A DNA stretch of 64,000 bases from Candidatus Enterousia sp. (GCA_045546195.1 JAZQCH010000002.1:23328-87327); one strand, 5' to 3'; shown: positions 18,889 to 29,404, counted from the first letter of the stretch. Made by a program: numbers and translations. Notes: generated by a model not told the origin, from the sequence alone.

Positions 18889-21800
18889 TTATTGATAATC
18901 ATTAACAACCGAATACTCAGTCGAACCGTTCTTGACCTTCATCGCGCTAGACAAGCTTGTGCTCAACGCGCCATAGAACGTTGTGCCACCAACCTTGACT
19001 CGCAACGACGGTGTGGTGCGTTTAGCGCTGCGCAGATAGACCACATTGTCACCCATATGCAACTTGCGTCCACAGTCTGCCGCTTCGTTCGCGCCTGTGC
19101 CATATCCGATGGTGGTCAGCGGGCTTGTACACGCCGTCCGGGTCAGGGCATCATTTGCCGACCAGTTTCCAGCCTCCACCGCGATACACGCATTGGCTTT
19201 CAGTTTGGCAATGGTTTTGTTGGTAAAGTCATAATTTGAACTTGTCGAATAGTTCTTGTTATAATACCCACCATCACACTTCAACTTATCCCAATATACC
19301 CAACATCCCTTGGACGTTCCGTCAACACCGTATTCACCAGTTGTTGCCGCATCGGTATCGGCATAACAGTAATACAAACTCGCACTACCATTATCTACCG
19401 TATCATTTGAATAATGGACATAACAACCCGTAACCGTCGTGTGGTCTGCTGTTCCACCCGCATTCCAATACGAATAGCTCGTTGCCTTTGACGCATTATT
19501 CGTCGCTGTTGGACACGCTGTGCACGATGTCTGGCCTGTGCTGGCGGCGTACGTCGCACCGGTGCATGGCGTACAACTTGATGTTGAACCATAGTTCACA
19601 GTATGCGCGGGGTTGGCATAACCCTTGGCGCAGGTGCCACTGGCACTGGATTCATTTGGTGTGGCAACATACTTACCACCCTCAACGTTCATCAGACACT
19701 GCGATTGCTGGCTGTATCCGGTTGTACCGTTTGCATAACCACTTGGGCAATCTGTATTACCGCCGGCACTGCCATAATAAACCTTGACCGAACCTTCGCA
19801 CCAATCGCCTGCCGGACACGCTGCCTCTGCTGTTGCCTTGGCGGTCACGTATTTTCCGGGCGATGTCGTGGCATAGCACTGCGTTTCCGCACTTGCGCTT
19901 GCATCAGACTTTGTATAAATCGAACCTAATCCTGTACATGCGGAATTTCCACCGGTTGTTGTGCCCGTGCCATAGTACACTGTTGTACCGCCCTTACAAT
20001 AATATGGACTGATACACGCTGTTTCACCCGCGCCCTTGGTGGCAACATATTTCCCAGCAGTTGTCTTCAAATAACAACTGTTGACCGATGTCGTCCCCGC
20101 CGCAGACAGTGTATACTTGCTGTTGGTTCCGCTGCTACATGTCAGGCATGAATTACTGCTCTTGTAATAATTCTCAGAACAACCCGCCGTGGCCGCAACC
20201 GTACACAGATTTGTTATCGTGTTGCTGGTCGTCCACGATGCTGTTTCCCAATCACTTACCCCGGCTGTGTTTGAACATGTCGCATTACAGCTGGTCTGAC
20301 CTGAGCCGGATGTCGTCTTGCCATCCTGACACGCCACACATTGGGTTGACGCGCTGGACTTTTCACTGTACGACCCCTGTGCGCACGCTACATCAGCGGT
20401 CGCGCCGGCTGCCGCTACAAACTTACCATCTGCGGCGTTGGTACATACATTTGCGGCGGTACCTGTGCCGGCGGGGTGATATGTGCCCGCCGCACACTTG
20501 GACCAAATCGCATAACGTGTGACCGTACCATTGTTTGTCGTGGTCAGGTTTATACCAGCGGCTTCCCCCGTACCTGTGGTGGTACTTGCCCACCCGGTCA
20601 ACTTATACCCACCTGCGTACAATGATGTCGATTGAATATCACTAAATATACAGGTCTCGTCGTATTTACATGTTGTATTGCTTGGCGCGCTGGAACATGT
20701 TGCCCCACTTGGACAGTTCATATTATATTCAACCGTGTAACGATTTGCCGAACAACTTGGATAGGTTGTTCCTCCATTTATCAGAGTATTATACCCCGGC
20801 AAACACGATGTTGTGTATGTACACACACCCTGTGGTGCCGACTGCCAACACGACGCCCCCGGTGTGCTGTCCATACACTCCATACAATCACCCCAAACCG
20901 CGAACAACTGGACCACTGAACCATCTGCCGTAGTCAATTTTTCTACTTCCTGTCCTTGTGTATAAACCACATCGCACGTTCTATCGCCATCCAATGTCAC
21001 CGAGCATCCATTTACATCTGCCCAGCCCAAGAACTGCTTGATACCGCATGTGAACCCATTTGTGGTCAGATTAACCTTGTCGTCATAGTCAAGCACAGTA
21101 TTCGCCATTGTGCCGGTTGCGCCATCGCAGTTTGCGTTATACTTAATCTGGTACTCAATCGGGTCACATTTCGGATTGTACGTTCCCGCGCCAGACGCTT
21201 CTTTGTACCCCGGCAAACACGATGTTTCATACGTACACGTAATCGCATCTACCAGGTCACAGGTTGCCCCTGTCTCTACCAAACATGTCAGACATGACGA
21301 CCATACCGCATACAGGTACACCGTCGCACCATTTGTCGTGGTCAGATTCCATGCCTTTTTTATACCGGTATCTGATGGTGATTCCAAATCGCTATCTGGC
21401 GTAGTGGCCCCCGGTGTTCGCGACCAACCGACAAATGAGTACATTTTGCCATCATAAGTATAATCAATTGAACCACTCCAAAGCACCGCAGCTTCTTCTA
21501 AATATGATTCCGTATCATATGTGTATGTTAGTTTTTTGAATCCCGTCCACGAAGGCGTACCCATCGCAGCGTCAACATTAGAATCATACTGAACATAATA
21601 TGTATTCGCCTGGCAAACCGGGGCATATGTATTCGCGCCTGATTCGATATGATACCCCGTGTCACACCCCGTTGTATAAGTGGTCGTTTGTCCAACTGTC
21701 AAAGAACACGTTGCCTTATCCCCAGGTTCGCAGTTTCTGGCCCAGCCCGCAAACAGGACGGCGGCCCCTGTAATCTTCCAATTGTTTCCTGTATTCGTTG

Positions 21801-24800
21801 TTTCCCCAGTATGTGTGATATAACGCGCCGTGCCACTAGATTCGCTGGACGAAATATCTGTTGGGGCTTTCAAATAGAACCCACGGAACGTATAATCCGA
21901 ACGTGTTGGCTTTACAGCTTCTAACCCCGCATAGCCAATTGTACAGGCGGCGTTCGTGTACCATGTGCCATCGCCAGACTTTTTATACAGTGTTGCCACA
22001 CTGCCCGCTGTACCACCATTGGCATTTAACAGAACCTGATTACAATTCGCCGTATAATGCGCATACCATGTGGCGGTTGTCCCTGCGGTTGGATACAACG
22101 TGACCGTCAGGAAATTACCCGATGCGTCAATCACCTGGGCGCCTGTTCCCGCCTTGCCGGTATAGAATCCCTGGAATGTATATCCCGTATATGTGGGCAG
22201 GGTGGTCAACTTGGTAATCGCCGTTGCGTTCACCGACGTACTGGCATACACCCCGGTATCATATTTGATATAAATCGGCGTTGGCACTGCGCTTACTGTC
22301 GCGGCTGTCCCTGTTGACGCGCTGGACGACGCATAATACTGGGAATCCAGCACAATACCCCCCGTCATATTTGCCGACCATGTCGCACACAGTGTCACGT
22401 CCGCTGTCGGCGTATAAGGGCTGGACAAAACACTGGTCGCATCGCAGGATGTCGCCCATCCCGCGAACGTATAACCCGTACGTGTCGGCGTCGGCAGGGC
22501 AACCGAACCCGGTACCCACCGCGCATACCATGTTTTGTTGGCGGCATAGCCTTTACCCGCGGTCAACCCCGCATCCAACATAGTACCCGAGGCATTTATA
22601 TACTGTGTCCCACCGCTGGTTGCACTCCAATACCCGTTAAATTCCGATGTGGCGGTTGCGCTGCTTGTCGACACAAATCCACCATTGGCATTGAACGTCA
22701 CCGTGAATTGACGCTGGGGCAGGCTAACCTTGCTGGACGTTGTCATCGCTGTGGTACGTCCACTGTCAGAATAAACCCCTGTGTTATATTTGGTGTACAA
22801 TTTGGTCGTAGTAGCGTTCGTTGTGGCACCATTTTGATCCAGGGTGATTTCGTATTGCTGTGCCCCCCAAACTGCAAACATGGTTGTCAACGGCGTCGAG
22901 GCCCAAGTGCGATTTTGATTTAGCACCGTATAGGTTGCCCCCGCAGCGTATTCAAGCGGTGTGGCCGCGAGTAAATCCGCCCACTTAGAGAAACCATATC
23001 CTATTTTTGTAAATCCGTTCTGCGCCAACGTTAACTGCAAATAATTCGCAGAACTCGACCCAGAATTAAAATACTGTGTGCCAGTTGTGTTGGCGGTGCT
23101 GCCAGACGTGGCGTTATTCCCATCATACGTTATCGTATATGTACGATTATACAACGCAGTATATATCGGATTTGACGTATCTATGCCCGGACTAACATTA
23201 GCGGCTGTCGTTGTTGCCGTGCTGGCTGAGTCTGTCGTTGTATTGCTGTTCAACGCCCAACCATATGGTGCCCACTTGTTATCCCCCGTCTGGGTCACGA
23301 TAGGGTATGTGCTGACCGCATTTTTCCCCGCCGCAGTTGCAGAGGTGTTATAATACGATTGTGTACGTGTACTGGTTGTCACCCCGGTCGCAGTGGCACC
23401 ATTATAATACTTGAACGTCACAGGGCGCGTCCACACACCATACAACACATATGTACCACCATGCGTCGTGGTCAGATTGCTGACACTTTGGCCATCTTCA
23501 TATTCCACCGTGCTGTTTGCGTCGATTGACCAACCTGCGAACGTCCAACCATTTGTGGATAATACCGGAATATTAGACATGGTGGATACCGCCGTCAATT
23601 TCTGACTGACCCCATACGTGAAATCTTGACTGCCCATATTTGTGCTGCCAGTTCTAAAGACCACCTGATAAACATTTGCCCTCCAACCTGCGTACAGGGT
23701 CGTGTCCGCCGTTTTATCCCACTTGCGCGCCGACGCACCCGCCGCAGTATAGTACTGCGTCCCAGATGTATATGTCGCATTGTCATACCAACCCATAAAT
23801 GTATAACCGGTACGTGTTGGGGCGGTCGTGCTGATTGATGGCATCGCGCTGTCATATGTTGCGGTCACAGTTGCCGACTGACCACCCGAACCACCGTTCG
23901 CATTAAATGATACGGTGTATGAATTTGGCCTCCAACCTGCGTACAGGGTTGTGTTCGCCGTTTTATTCCACGCACGTGCCGACGCGCCCGTCGCATTATA
24001 GTACTGCGTCCCAGCTGTATATGTCTTATTGTCATACCAACCTATAAATGTATAGCCGTCACGTGTTGGGGCGGTCGTGCTGATTGATGGCATCGCGCTG
24101 TCATATGTCGCGGTCACATCTGCCGACTGACCACCCGAACCACCGTTCGCATTAAATGATACGGTGTATGTATTCGGCTTCCATCCTGCGTACAGGGTTG
24201 TATTCGCCGTTTTATCCCACGTGCGTGCCGACGCACCCGCCGCAGTATAGTACTGCGTCCCAGCTGTATATGTCGCATTGTCATACCAACCCATAAATGT
24301 ATAACCGGTACGTGTTGGGGCGGTCGTGCTGATTCCTGGCATTGCGCTGTCATATGTCGCGGTCACATTTGCCGACTGACCACCCGAACCACCGTTCGCA
24401 TCAAATGATACGGTGTTTTGGACGGCCGCCCAAATTGCGTACATTGGATAACTGCTTGGGCTGGTCCAGGCTCTATTTGTCGGGGTAAATGTCGCACCCG
24501 CTGCGTACTGTGTGCCGCCGGTCGAACCCGCCGCCCACTTGCTGAACGTGTATCCAGTTTTCGTAAATCCGTTCGACGCCAGTGTCACACTAACCGAATT
24601 GGCACCACCATTGGCGGCATTGAATGACTGTGTGAATGCGGTGGCGTTGGTACTGCCCCCAGTATTTCCATTACCATTATATGTCACACCCGCCGAACGT
24701 GTGTACACCGCATTTAACTCTGGCGATACATTAACTGGATTTGCCGCCGTGCCAGAACTGGTAATATTTGATGTAATATCTGGTGTGGTGCTTGTGCCGT

Positions 24801-25491
24801 ACGACCAACCAATTGGGGACCAGCCAATGGTGCTGTCGCTGTGGGCGTACAATGCGGGGCGGGTATAACTTGTCACACCTGCCGCAGTCGTGCTTGTATT
24901 GCGATAATATTGGGTGATTGAGGTACTTGTCGTCAGAGAGGTGGCAGTAGCACTTGCGTAAAACCTGCGCGTAATTGTACGTCCCCAAACGGCGTACAAT
25001 ACCTGATTGCTGGTAAATGCCACAGATTGCCCATCAGTATATGTGACCGCATTTGTGTTTGGTGCGGTCGCCCAACCCTTAAATTCCCACCCATATGTAT
25101 TACCTGTGCGCAACGGCGCTGGGATATTACTTTGCATACGCGAAATCGTAGCTAAGGCAGTCGCAACCCCCGCAAATGGTTGTGACTGCCCCAATGTGGT
25201 GTTACCAGTCACATACGCAATTGTCACTTGTGAAATCCTTGGACAAACCAATCCGCCGGAACACGTATAACCATCGGGACATTCTATACACGAATTCCCT
25301 GCCGTCAAATCGTCAGTGGTCAACGTACGACCATTGAATGTCGTGCCACAATCCGACACATAATAGTTCGTCGCACACGATGTGTACCGCTTGGCCGTGG
25401 GGCACGTGTACCCCGCCGCGAAAACATTTGTTGCTAAAAACAAAACTGATAAAAACGCGCAAAAACGCAGAAATCTAGACATTCTTCCCAC
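18889..25491 (-). CDS. Giant secreted Thr/Cys-rich surface protein 2 (2200 aa) with InlB B-repeat-like modules
   Basis: Signal peptide ending TNVFA; repeats VSFNANGGSGG...PTRTGYTFMGWY...TLYAGW; C-terminal Cys repeats; start GTG 25491 (or ATG 25482). Confidence 0.85.
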   Translation of the reverse strand: MGRMSRFLRFCAFLSVLFLATNVFAAGYTCPTAKRYTSCATNYYVSDCGTTFNGRTLTTDDLTAGNSCIECPDGYTCSGGLVCPRISQVTIAYVTGNTTLGQSQPFAGVATALATISRMQSNIPAPLRTGNTYGWEFKGWATAPNTNAVTYTDGQSVAFTSNQVLYAVWGRTITRRFYASATATSLTTSTSITQYYRNTSTTAAGVTSYTRPALYAHSDSTIGWSPIGWSYGTSTTPDITSNITSSGTAANPVNVSPELNAVYTRSAGVTYNGNGNTGGSTNATAFTQSFNAANGGANSVSVTLASNGFTKTGYTFSKWAAGSTGGTQYAAGATFTPTNRAWTSPSSYPMYAIWAAVQNTVSFDANGGSGGQSANVTATYDSAMPGISTTAPTRTGYTFMGWYDNATYTAGTQYYTAAGASARTWDKTANTTLYAGWKPNTYTVSFNANGGSGGQSADVTATYDSAMPSISTTAPTRDGYTFIGWYDNKTYTAGTQYYNATGASARAWNKTANTTLYAGWRPNSYTVSFNANGGSGGQSATVTATYDSAMPSISTTAPTRTGYTFMGWYDNATYTSGTQYYTAAGASARKWDKTADTTLYAGWRANVYQVVFRTGSTNMGSQDFTYGVSQKLTAVSTMSNIPVLSTNGWTFAGWSIDANSTVEYEDGQSVSNLTTTHGGTYVLYGVWTRPVTFKYYNGATATGVTTSTRTQSYYNTSATAAGKNAVSTYPIVTQTGDNKWAPYGWALNSNTTTDSASTATTTAANVSPGIDTSNPIYTALYNRTYTITYDGNNATSGSTANTTGTQYFNSGSSSANYLQLTLAQNGFTKIGYGFSKWADLLAATPLEYAAGATYTVLNQNRTWASTPLTTMFAVWGAQQYEITLDQNGATTNATTTKLYTKYNTGVYSDSGRTTAMTTSSKVSLPQRQFTVTFNANGGFVSTSSATATSEFNGYWSATSGGTQYINASGTMLDAGLTAGKGYAANKTWYARWVPGSVALPTPTRTGYTFAGWATSCDATSVLSSPYTPTADVTLCATWSANMTGGIVLDSQYYASSSASTGTAATVSAVPTPIYIKYDTGVYASTSVNATAITKLTTLPTYTGYTFQGFYTGKAGTGAQVIDASGNFLTVTLYPTAGTTATWYAHYTANCNQVLLNANGGTAGSVATLYKKSGDGTWYTNAACTIGYAGLEAVKPTRSDYTFRGFYLKAPTDISSSESSGTARYITHTGETTNTGNNWKITGAAVLFAGWARNCEPGDKATCSLTVGQTTTYTTGCDTGYHIESGANTYAPVCQANTYYVQYDSNVDAAMGTPSWTGFKKLTYTYDTESYLEEAAVLWSGSIDYTYDGKMYSFVGWSRTPGATTPDSDLESPSDTGIKKAWNLTTTNGATVYLYAVWSSCLTCLVETGATCDLVDAITCTYETSCLPGYKEASGAGTYNPKCDPIEYQIKYNANCDGATGTMANTVLDYDDKVNLTTNGFTCGIKQFLGWADVNGCSVTLDGDRTCDVVYTQGQEVEKLTTADGSVVQLFAVWGDCMECMDSTPGASCWQSAPQGVCTYTTSCLPGYNTLINGGTTYPSCSANRYTVEYNMNCPSGATCSSAPSNTTCKYDETCIFSDIQSTSLYAGGYKLTGWASTTTGTGEAAGINLTTTNNGTVTRYAIWSKCAAGTYHPAGTGTAANVCTNAADGKFVAAAGATADVACAQGSYSEKSSASTQCVACQDGKTTSGSGQTSCNATCSNTAGVSDWETASWTTSNTITNLCTVAATAGCSENYYKSSNSCLTCSSGTNSKYTLSAAGTTSVNSCYLKTTAGKYVATKGAGETACISPYYCKGGTTVYYGTGTTTGGNSACTGLGSIYTKSDASASAETQCYATTSPGKYVTAKATAEAACPAGDWCEGSVKVYYGSAGGNTDCPSGYANGTTGYSQQSQCLMNVEGGKYVATPNESSASGTCAKGYANPAHTVNYGSTSSCTPCTGATYAASTGQTSCTACPTATNNASKATSYSYWNAGGTADHTTVTGCYVHYSNDTVDNGSASLYYCYADTDAATTGEYGVDGTSKGCWVYWDKLKCDGGYYNKNYSTSSNYDFTNKTIAKLKANACIAVEAGNWSANDALTRTACTSPLTTIGYGTGANEAADCGRKLHMGDNVVYLRSAKRTTPSLRVKVGGTTFYGALSTSLSSAMKVKNGSTEYSVVNDYQ
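23680..24416. repeat. Three near-identical intragenic tandem repeats, period 249 bp (83 aa)
   Basis: GTACTGCGTCCCAG recurs at 23752, 24001 and 24250. Confidence 0.92.
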
Positions 25492-25711
25492 TTCTTTTTC
25501 TCTTTACTCTAACATCATAGAAAAAACATCATAGATAACACAAGCAAAAAATGCCCACATCCTATTTTTTTTATTTTGACAACGATTCGAACCGGGCGTT
25601 TCTAGAAATGTTGTCAAACCCGACACTTTATATACCGCATTTTATTATTGCTTTCGTCCCAAAACTGTGTATAATCACACGGCAATTCTACTATATAATA
25701 GGGGAAAACAT

Positions 25712-27019
25712 ATGTTCACAAAAGAAAAAATCAAAGATTTACATTATTCCGTAACGGGCACAATCCCGGCGACCGACCTTCAGGCGGCGGCGGACGAAAT
25801 CCTGTTAGAATACGGGAAAAAGGTTAAAATGCCTGGTTTCCGTGCGGGCAAGGTTCCATTATCAATCCTGCGCCAGAAATACAACGCGTCCGCGTACGGC
25901 GAAGCAATTGATAAAATCATGAACAGCGACCTGAACAAATACATCGCGGATAAAAAAATCCGTCTGGCGGGTGCGCCACACGCAGATTTGGCGGGCTGGG
26001 AAATCGGCAAAGACGCCGAATATTCGTTGGAATTCGACATCCTGCCAACATTACCTGCGATTGATTTGGAAAAGTTCACTGTGACAAAAAAGACAGCCGA
26101 CCTGGATGAAAAAGAGGTTGAAACCGCACTGGAAAACATCCGCAAATCACGCAGCGTTGCCGAAAAACAAGACGCCAAGTACAAGGCCGCCAACGGTGAC
26201 GTCGCCGTTATCGATTTCAAGGGCTTTGTTGGCGACACCGCATTCGAAGGTGGCGAAGCAAAAAAGCATCATCTGATTTTGGGCTCGGGTGCGTTTATCC
26301 CAGGCTTCGAAGACCAAATTATCGGTCACAAAACCGGCGATAAATTTGACGTCAATGTTAAATTCCCATCCGACTATCATGCGGCAAACCTGGCGGGTGC
26401 CGATGCGCGCTTTGCGGTTGAAATTCATGAAATCCGCAAACACATCCTGCCGGAACTGAACGACGAATTGGCAAAACAGGTTGGCCAGGAATCACTGGAC
26501 GCGTTAAAGGCGCACATCCGCAACATCCTGACCGAACAGTATAACGACGCCGCCCAGCGTGAAATGCGCAACGAATTGTTGGACATCTTGGCAGACAAGG
26601 TTAAATTGGACCTGCCTGAAACATTGGTGGCCCAGGAATTAGAAATGGCGAAAAACGAATTTGAACGTTCACACGCCCATTGTCACGATGAAAAATGCGA
26701 CCACAAATGGGACGAAAAACAGGAACGCAAAGACGCCGAACGCCGCGTTAAATTGGGCTTAATCCTGGCAGAGTGGGGCACCCAGAACCAGGTCGAAGTA
26801 TCCCGCGAAGACTTACAACAGGCAATCTGGGCCGAAGCGGCACGCTATCCAGATCCAAAACAGGTGTTTGAATTCTATAACAAGAATCAAAACGCCCTGG
26901 CGATGTTGCGCGGCATGCTGTTCGAACGCAAGGCCCTGGATGCCATGTTGACACATGTCAAAACCAAAGAAAAAAAGGTCAAGGCCGACGAACTGTTCCA
27001 ACAGGCATCAGTCCGTTAA
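25712..27019 (+). CDS. tig: Trigger factor
   Basis: MPGFRAGKVP ribosome-binding signature, FKBP domain (IDFKG..FEGG..LGSGAFIPGFEDQ), AERRVKLGL; SD AGGGG before ATG 25712. Confidence 0.96.
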   Translation: MFTKEKIKDLHYSVTGTIPATDLQAAADEILLEYGKKVKMPGFRAGKVPLSILRQKYNASAYGEAIDKIMNSDLNKYIADKKIRLAGAPHADLAGWEIGKDAEYSLEFDILPTLPAIDLEKFTVTKKTADLDEKEVETALENIRKSRSVAEKQDAKYKAANGDVAVIDFKGFVGDTAFEGGEAKKHHLILGSGAFIPGFEDQIIGHKTGDKFDVNVKFPSDYHAANLAGADARFAVEIHEIRKHILPELNDELAKQVGQESLDALKAHIRNILTEQYNDAAQREMRNELLDILADKVKLDLPETLVAQELEMAKNEFERSHAHCHDEKCDHKWDEKQERKDAERRVKLGLILAEWGTQNQVEVSREDLQQAIWAEAARYPDPKQVFEFYNKNQNALAMLRGMLFERKALDAMLTHVKTKEKKVKADELFQQASVR

Positions 27020-27040
27020 TGGTTGACATCAATCCAAAAT

Positions 27041-27064
27041 AAAAACGCCCCGTTTGGGGCGTTT
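27041..27064. terminator. Bidirectional terminator
   Basis: AAAAACGCCCC-gttt-GGGGCGTTT between convergent genes. Confidence 0.8.
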
Positions 27065-27088
27065 CTTAATACAACCGTATTGTTTATA

Positions 27089-29404
27089 TTATTTCTTTTC
27101 TACATAACACATGCCGGCGTCATATGTGCCACTAATCATCTGGCATTGTTCTTCGTACCACGCCTGGGTAAATGTACATTCATCCTTGGCTAAATCGTAT
27201 GTTGCGACAGGTTCCTGGTCTGCTTCGTTATAACTCAAACACTGAACGCGTTTTGAATTTTCAATACAGATTCCAACCGACTGGGTTGCTTCGTTAACCT
27301 TGCCACCAAATACACTGGAATAGAACGCACCCAAAACCTTGTCATCTGAATCCTGGGATTCTAACCAATATCCATCTAATTCTTCGCATGTTTCCGCCAA
27401 TTGATATTCCAATTGTTCTTCGACATCTGCGACTGCCTTTTCAATCTGGTTGCGTGTCTGTAATGGCAACGCGTCATACGTCTTATTCTCAATCGTTGGG
27501 TCGCTACAATTTTGTACGGCGAATTCAGCAATTAACCCTTCAACCGATGCGCGCGCATTTTCGCCCGGTGTCGCACGCATTTTCAGATTGCGACAATTCC
27601 ATGGATATTTCATATTGCCCGCCACCGGTGTACACAGTTCCGCGACATAATTGTCGATTGCTGTATTACAACCTTCGGCGACACGCACAGTATCAACTGT
27701 GTCAACAAAATCCAACAACGCCTGCAGGCCACAGCGACTGGTTAATTTGCCGGTTCCTTCGTCAAATGTACACTTGCCACCGTCATACAATGCCGCACAA
27801 CGCGTCACGCGGTCTTCACACATCGCCTTGGCCGCATATGCCGACAATGCGCCCGTTGCCTTGGCGGTTGTGTCATCGAACGATTTCAATGCCCCCGACT
27901 GGGTGTCATAACATTCCTTCATTGTGCTGACACAGCTCATCTTGGTTTCTTCGATTAAGTTTTCCTGGGCCTGGGCAATTTCAATCAACGCACTGCGCTT
28001 GAATTCAGTCCAAACAATATCCGCCATATCACGGCAAGTATTCAACGCCGATGTTGCGAACATCCGTTTGTCATCCAAAAACTTATTATATGTTGGATTG
28101 TCCCCCAGAACATCCATGCCACCCGTCAGTGTAATCTGTTCCGTCAGTTTAAACAGCGATGTATCATATGCCGTCACTTCACCAGTTGTCGGACTGACAT
28201 ACTTACCACTGTAATCCAAACAACGTTTATAGTTCACACCACACGCCGCGTCCGCGGTCATCGCATCTTTGACCTTGGCAACACATTCGTTAACATCCGC
28301 GGAATTATGTGCACGATATTCTTCCAGTCGTGCCTCGCGCAGAATCTTTTCGGCCTGGCGCACAGTCTGCATAACCGCTTCGCGTTTGGCATTAACGCTT
28401 TTTCCATATGCGTTACAATCCTGGGTAATCATAATGCCATATGCACTGGTCGCCATATTCAGTGTCGCATTATTGTCGCACTGTTCCGCAATCAGCTGCA
28501 GGCACTGTTTGTTTGCGGCATTGAACAAATCCTGACCTTCTAATGATGTCAAATCAACACCTGTGCCCGTGTCGAATATAGACGCGCCACCGCCACCCCA
28601 TATATCATCAACACTGGTTGAAAAATCAAACGACATAATTCCCAAAGATGTACCGGAATTATTCGCGCTGGATTTCTTTTTACCAGACAACAAATCACCA
28701 ATTTCGTTCAATATATTTTGTGCGGCACTGGTGTCTGTTTTAATTGCCGCTTCGCCAACCGTGGCAGAATACATCGCATTAACTTCTGCGGCGGTCTTAT
28801 CAACTGCGTTCAAATTATTGTCTTCAAACCGCATCAACAATGTTTTCGCTTCGTCCAACGCATTTTCAGTATCACGAAATTCTGTAAATTTTTCACTACA
28901 ATAACATCTGCGATATGTGTCATTTGCGTTCGCACAGAATTGGTCCATACATGTTGCGTATGCTTCGCGACATGCCGCATACCCGCCACCAATCTTGGAA
29001 ATGTCTGTGAACACCGCCGTTGCGCGTGCACGCGAACCCGCGCGCGCCAAACCCGCATCAGACACATTTGTTCCGCCACGCACACCACTGATTGCCGACC
29101 GGGCAACGGTCGCACTGCGCGCCGGCCCACCCGAACGTACACTGGTCGCACTGCGTGCCGAACTTACCGCGCGCACACCGGTTGCACTGCGTGCAGTCGT
29201 TGCGCGACCTGCGCCATCTTGTTGCTGGGCATTACCGCCATCACCACGCACGACCGTATTTCCCGTCGTACGTTGTGACGCAGACGCATTAACCGGCATC
29301 GCACTTCGCGGATTTGGCGCCTGGGCAGCACCCGCCACAGACACCCCAAACATCGCCATTAACAGCGCATAAAAGCGGACAAAATCAACAAATGAACGTT
29401 TCAA
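27089..29404 (-). CDS. Secreted Cys-rich helical protein of unknown function with N-terminal ARSA low-complexity region
   Basis: Signal peptide (YALLMAMFGVSVAGA), ARSA repeats, CREAYATCMDQFC...RRCYCS; start uncertain (TTG 29404 after a purine-rich SD; ORF open from 29458). Confidence 0.8.
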   Translation of the reverse strand: MKRSFVDFVRFYALLMAMFGVSVAGAAQAPNPRSAMPVNASASQRTTGNTVVRGDGGNAQQQDGAGRATTARSATGVRAVSSARSATSVRSGGPARSATVARSAISGVRGGTNVSDAGLARAGSRARATAVFTDISKIGGGYAACREAYATCMDQFCANANDTYRRCYCSEKFTEFRDTENALDEAKTLLMRFEDNNLNAVDKTAAEVNAMYSATVGEAAIKTDTSAAQNILNEIGDLLSGKKKSSANNSGTSLGIMSFDFSTSVDDIWGGGGASIFDTGTGVDLTSLEGQDLFNAANKQCLQLIAEQCDNNATLNMATSAYGIMITQDCNAYGKSVNAKREAVMQTVRQAEKILREARLEEYRAHNSADVNECVAKVKDAMTADAACGVNYKRCLDYSGKYVSPTTGEVTAYDTSLFKLTEQITLTGGMDVLGDNPTYNKFLDDKRMFATSALNTCRDMADIVWTEFKRSALIEIAQAQENLIEETKMSCVSTMKECYDTQSGALKSFDDTTAKATGALSAYAAKAMCEDRVTRCAALYDGGKCTFDEGTGKLTSRCGLQALLDFVDTVDTVRVAEGCNTAIDNYVAELCTPVAGNMKYPWNCRNLKMRATPGENARASVEGLIAEFAVQNCSDPTIENKTYDALPLQTRNQIEKAVADVEEQLEYQLAETCEELDGYWLESQDSDDKVLGAFYSSVFGGKVNEATQSVGICIENSKRVQCLSYNEADQEPVATYDLAKDECTFTQAWYEEQCQMISGTYDAGMCYVEKK

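Noticed and set aside
6906-25491. Diversity-generating retroelement or invertible locus acting on the giant genes
   Set aside because: No reverse transcriptase, invertase or template/variable repeat pair seen in the window
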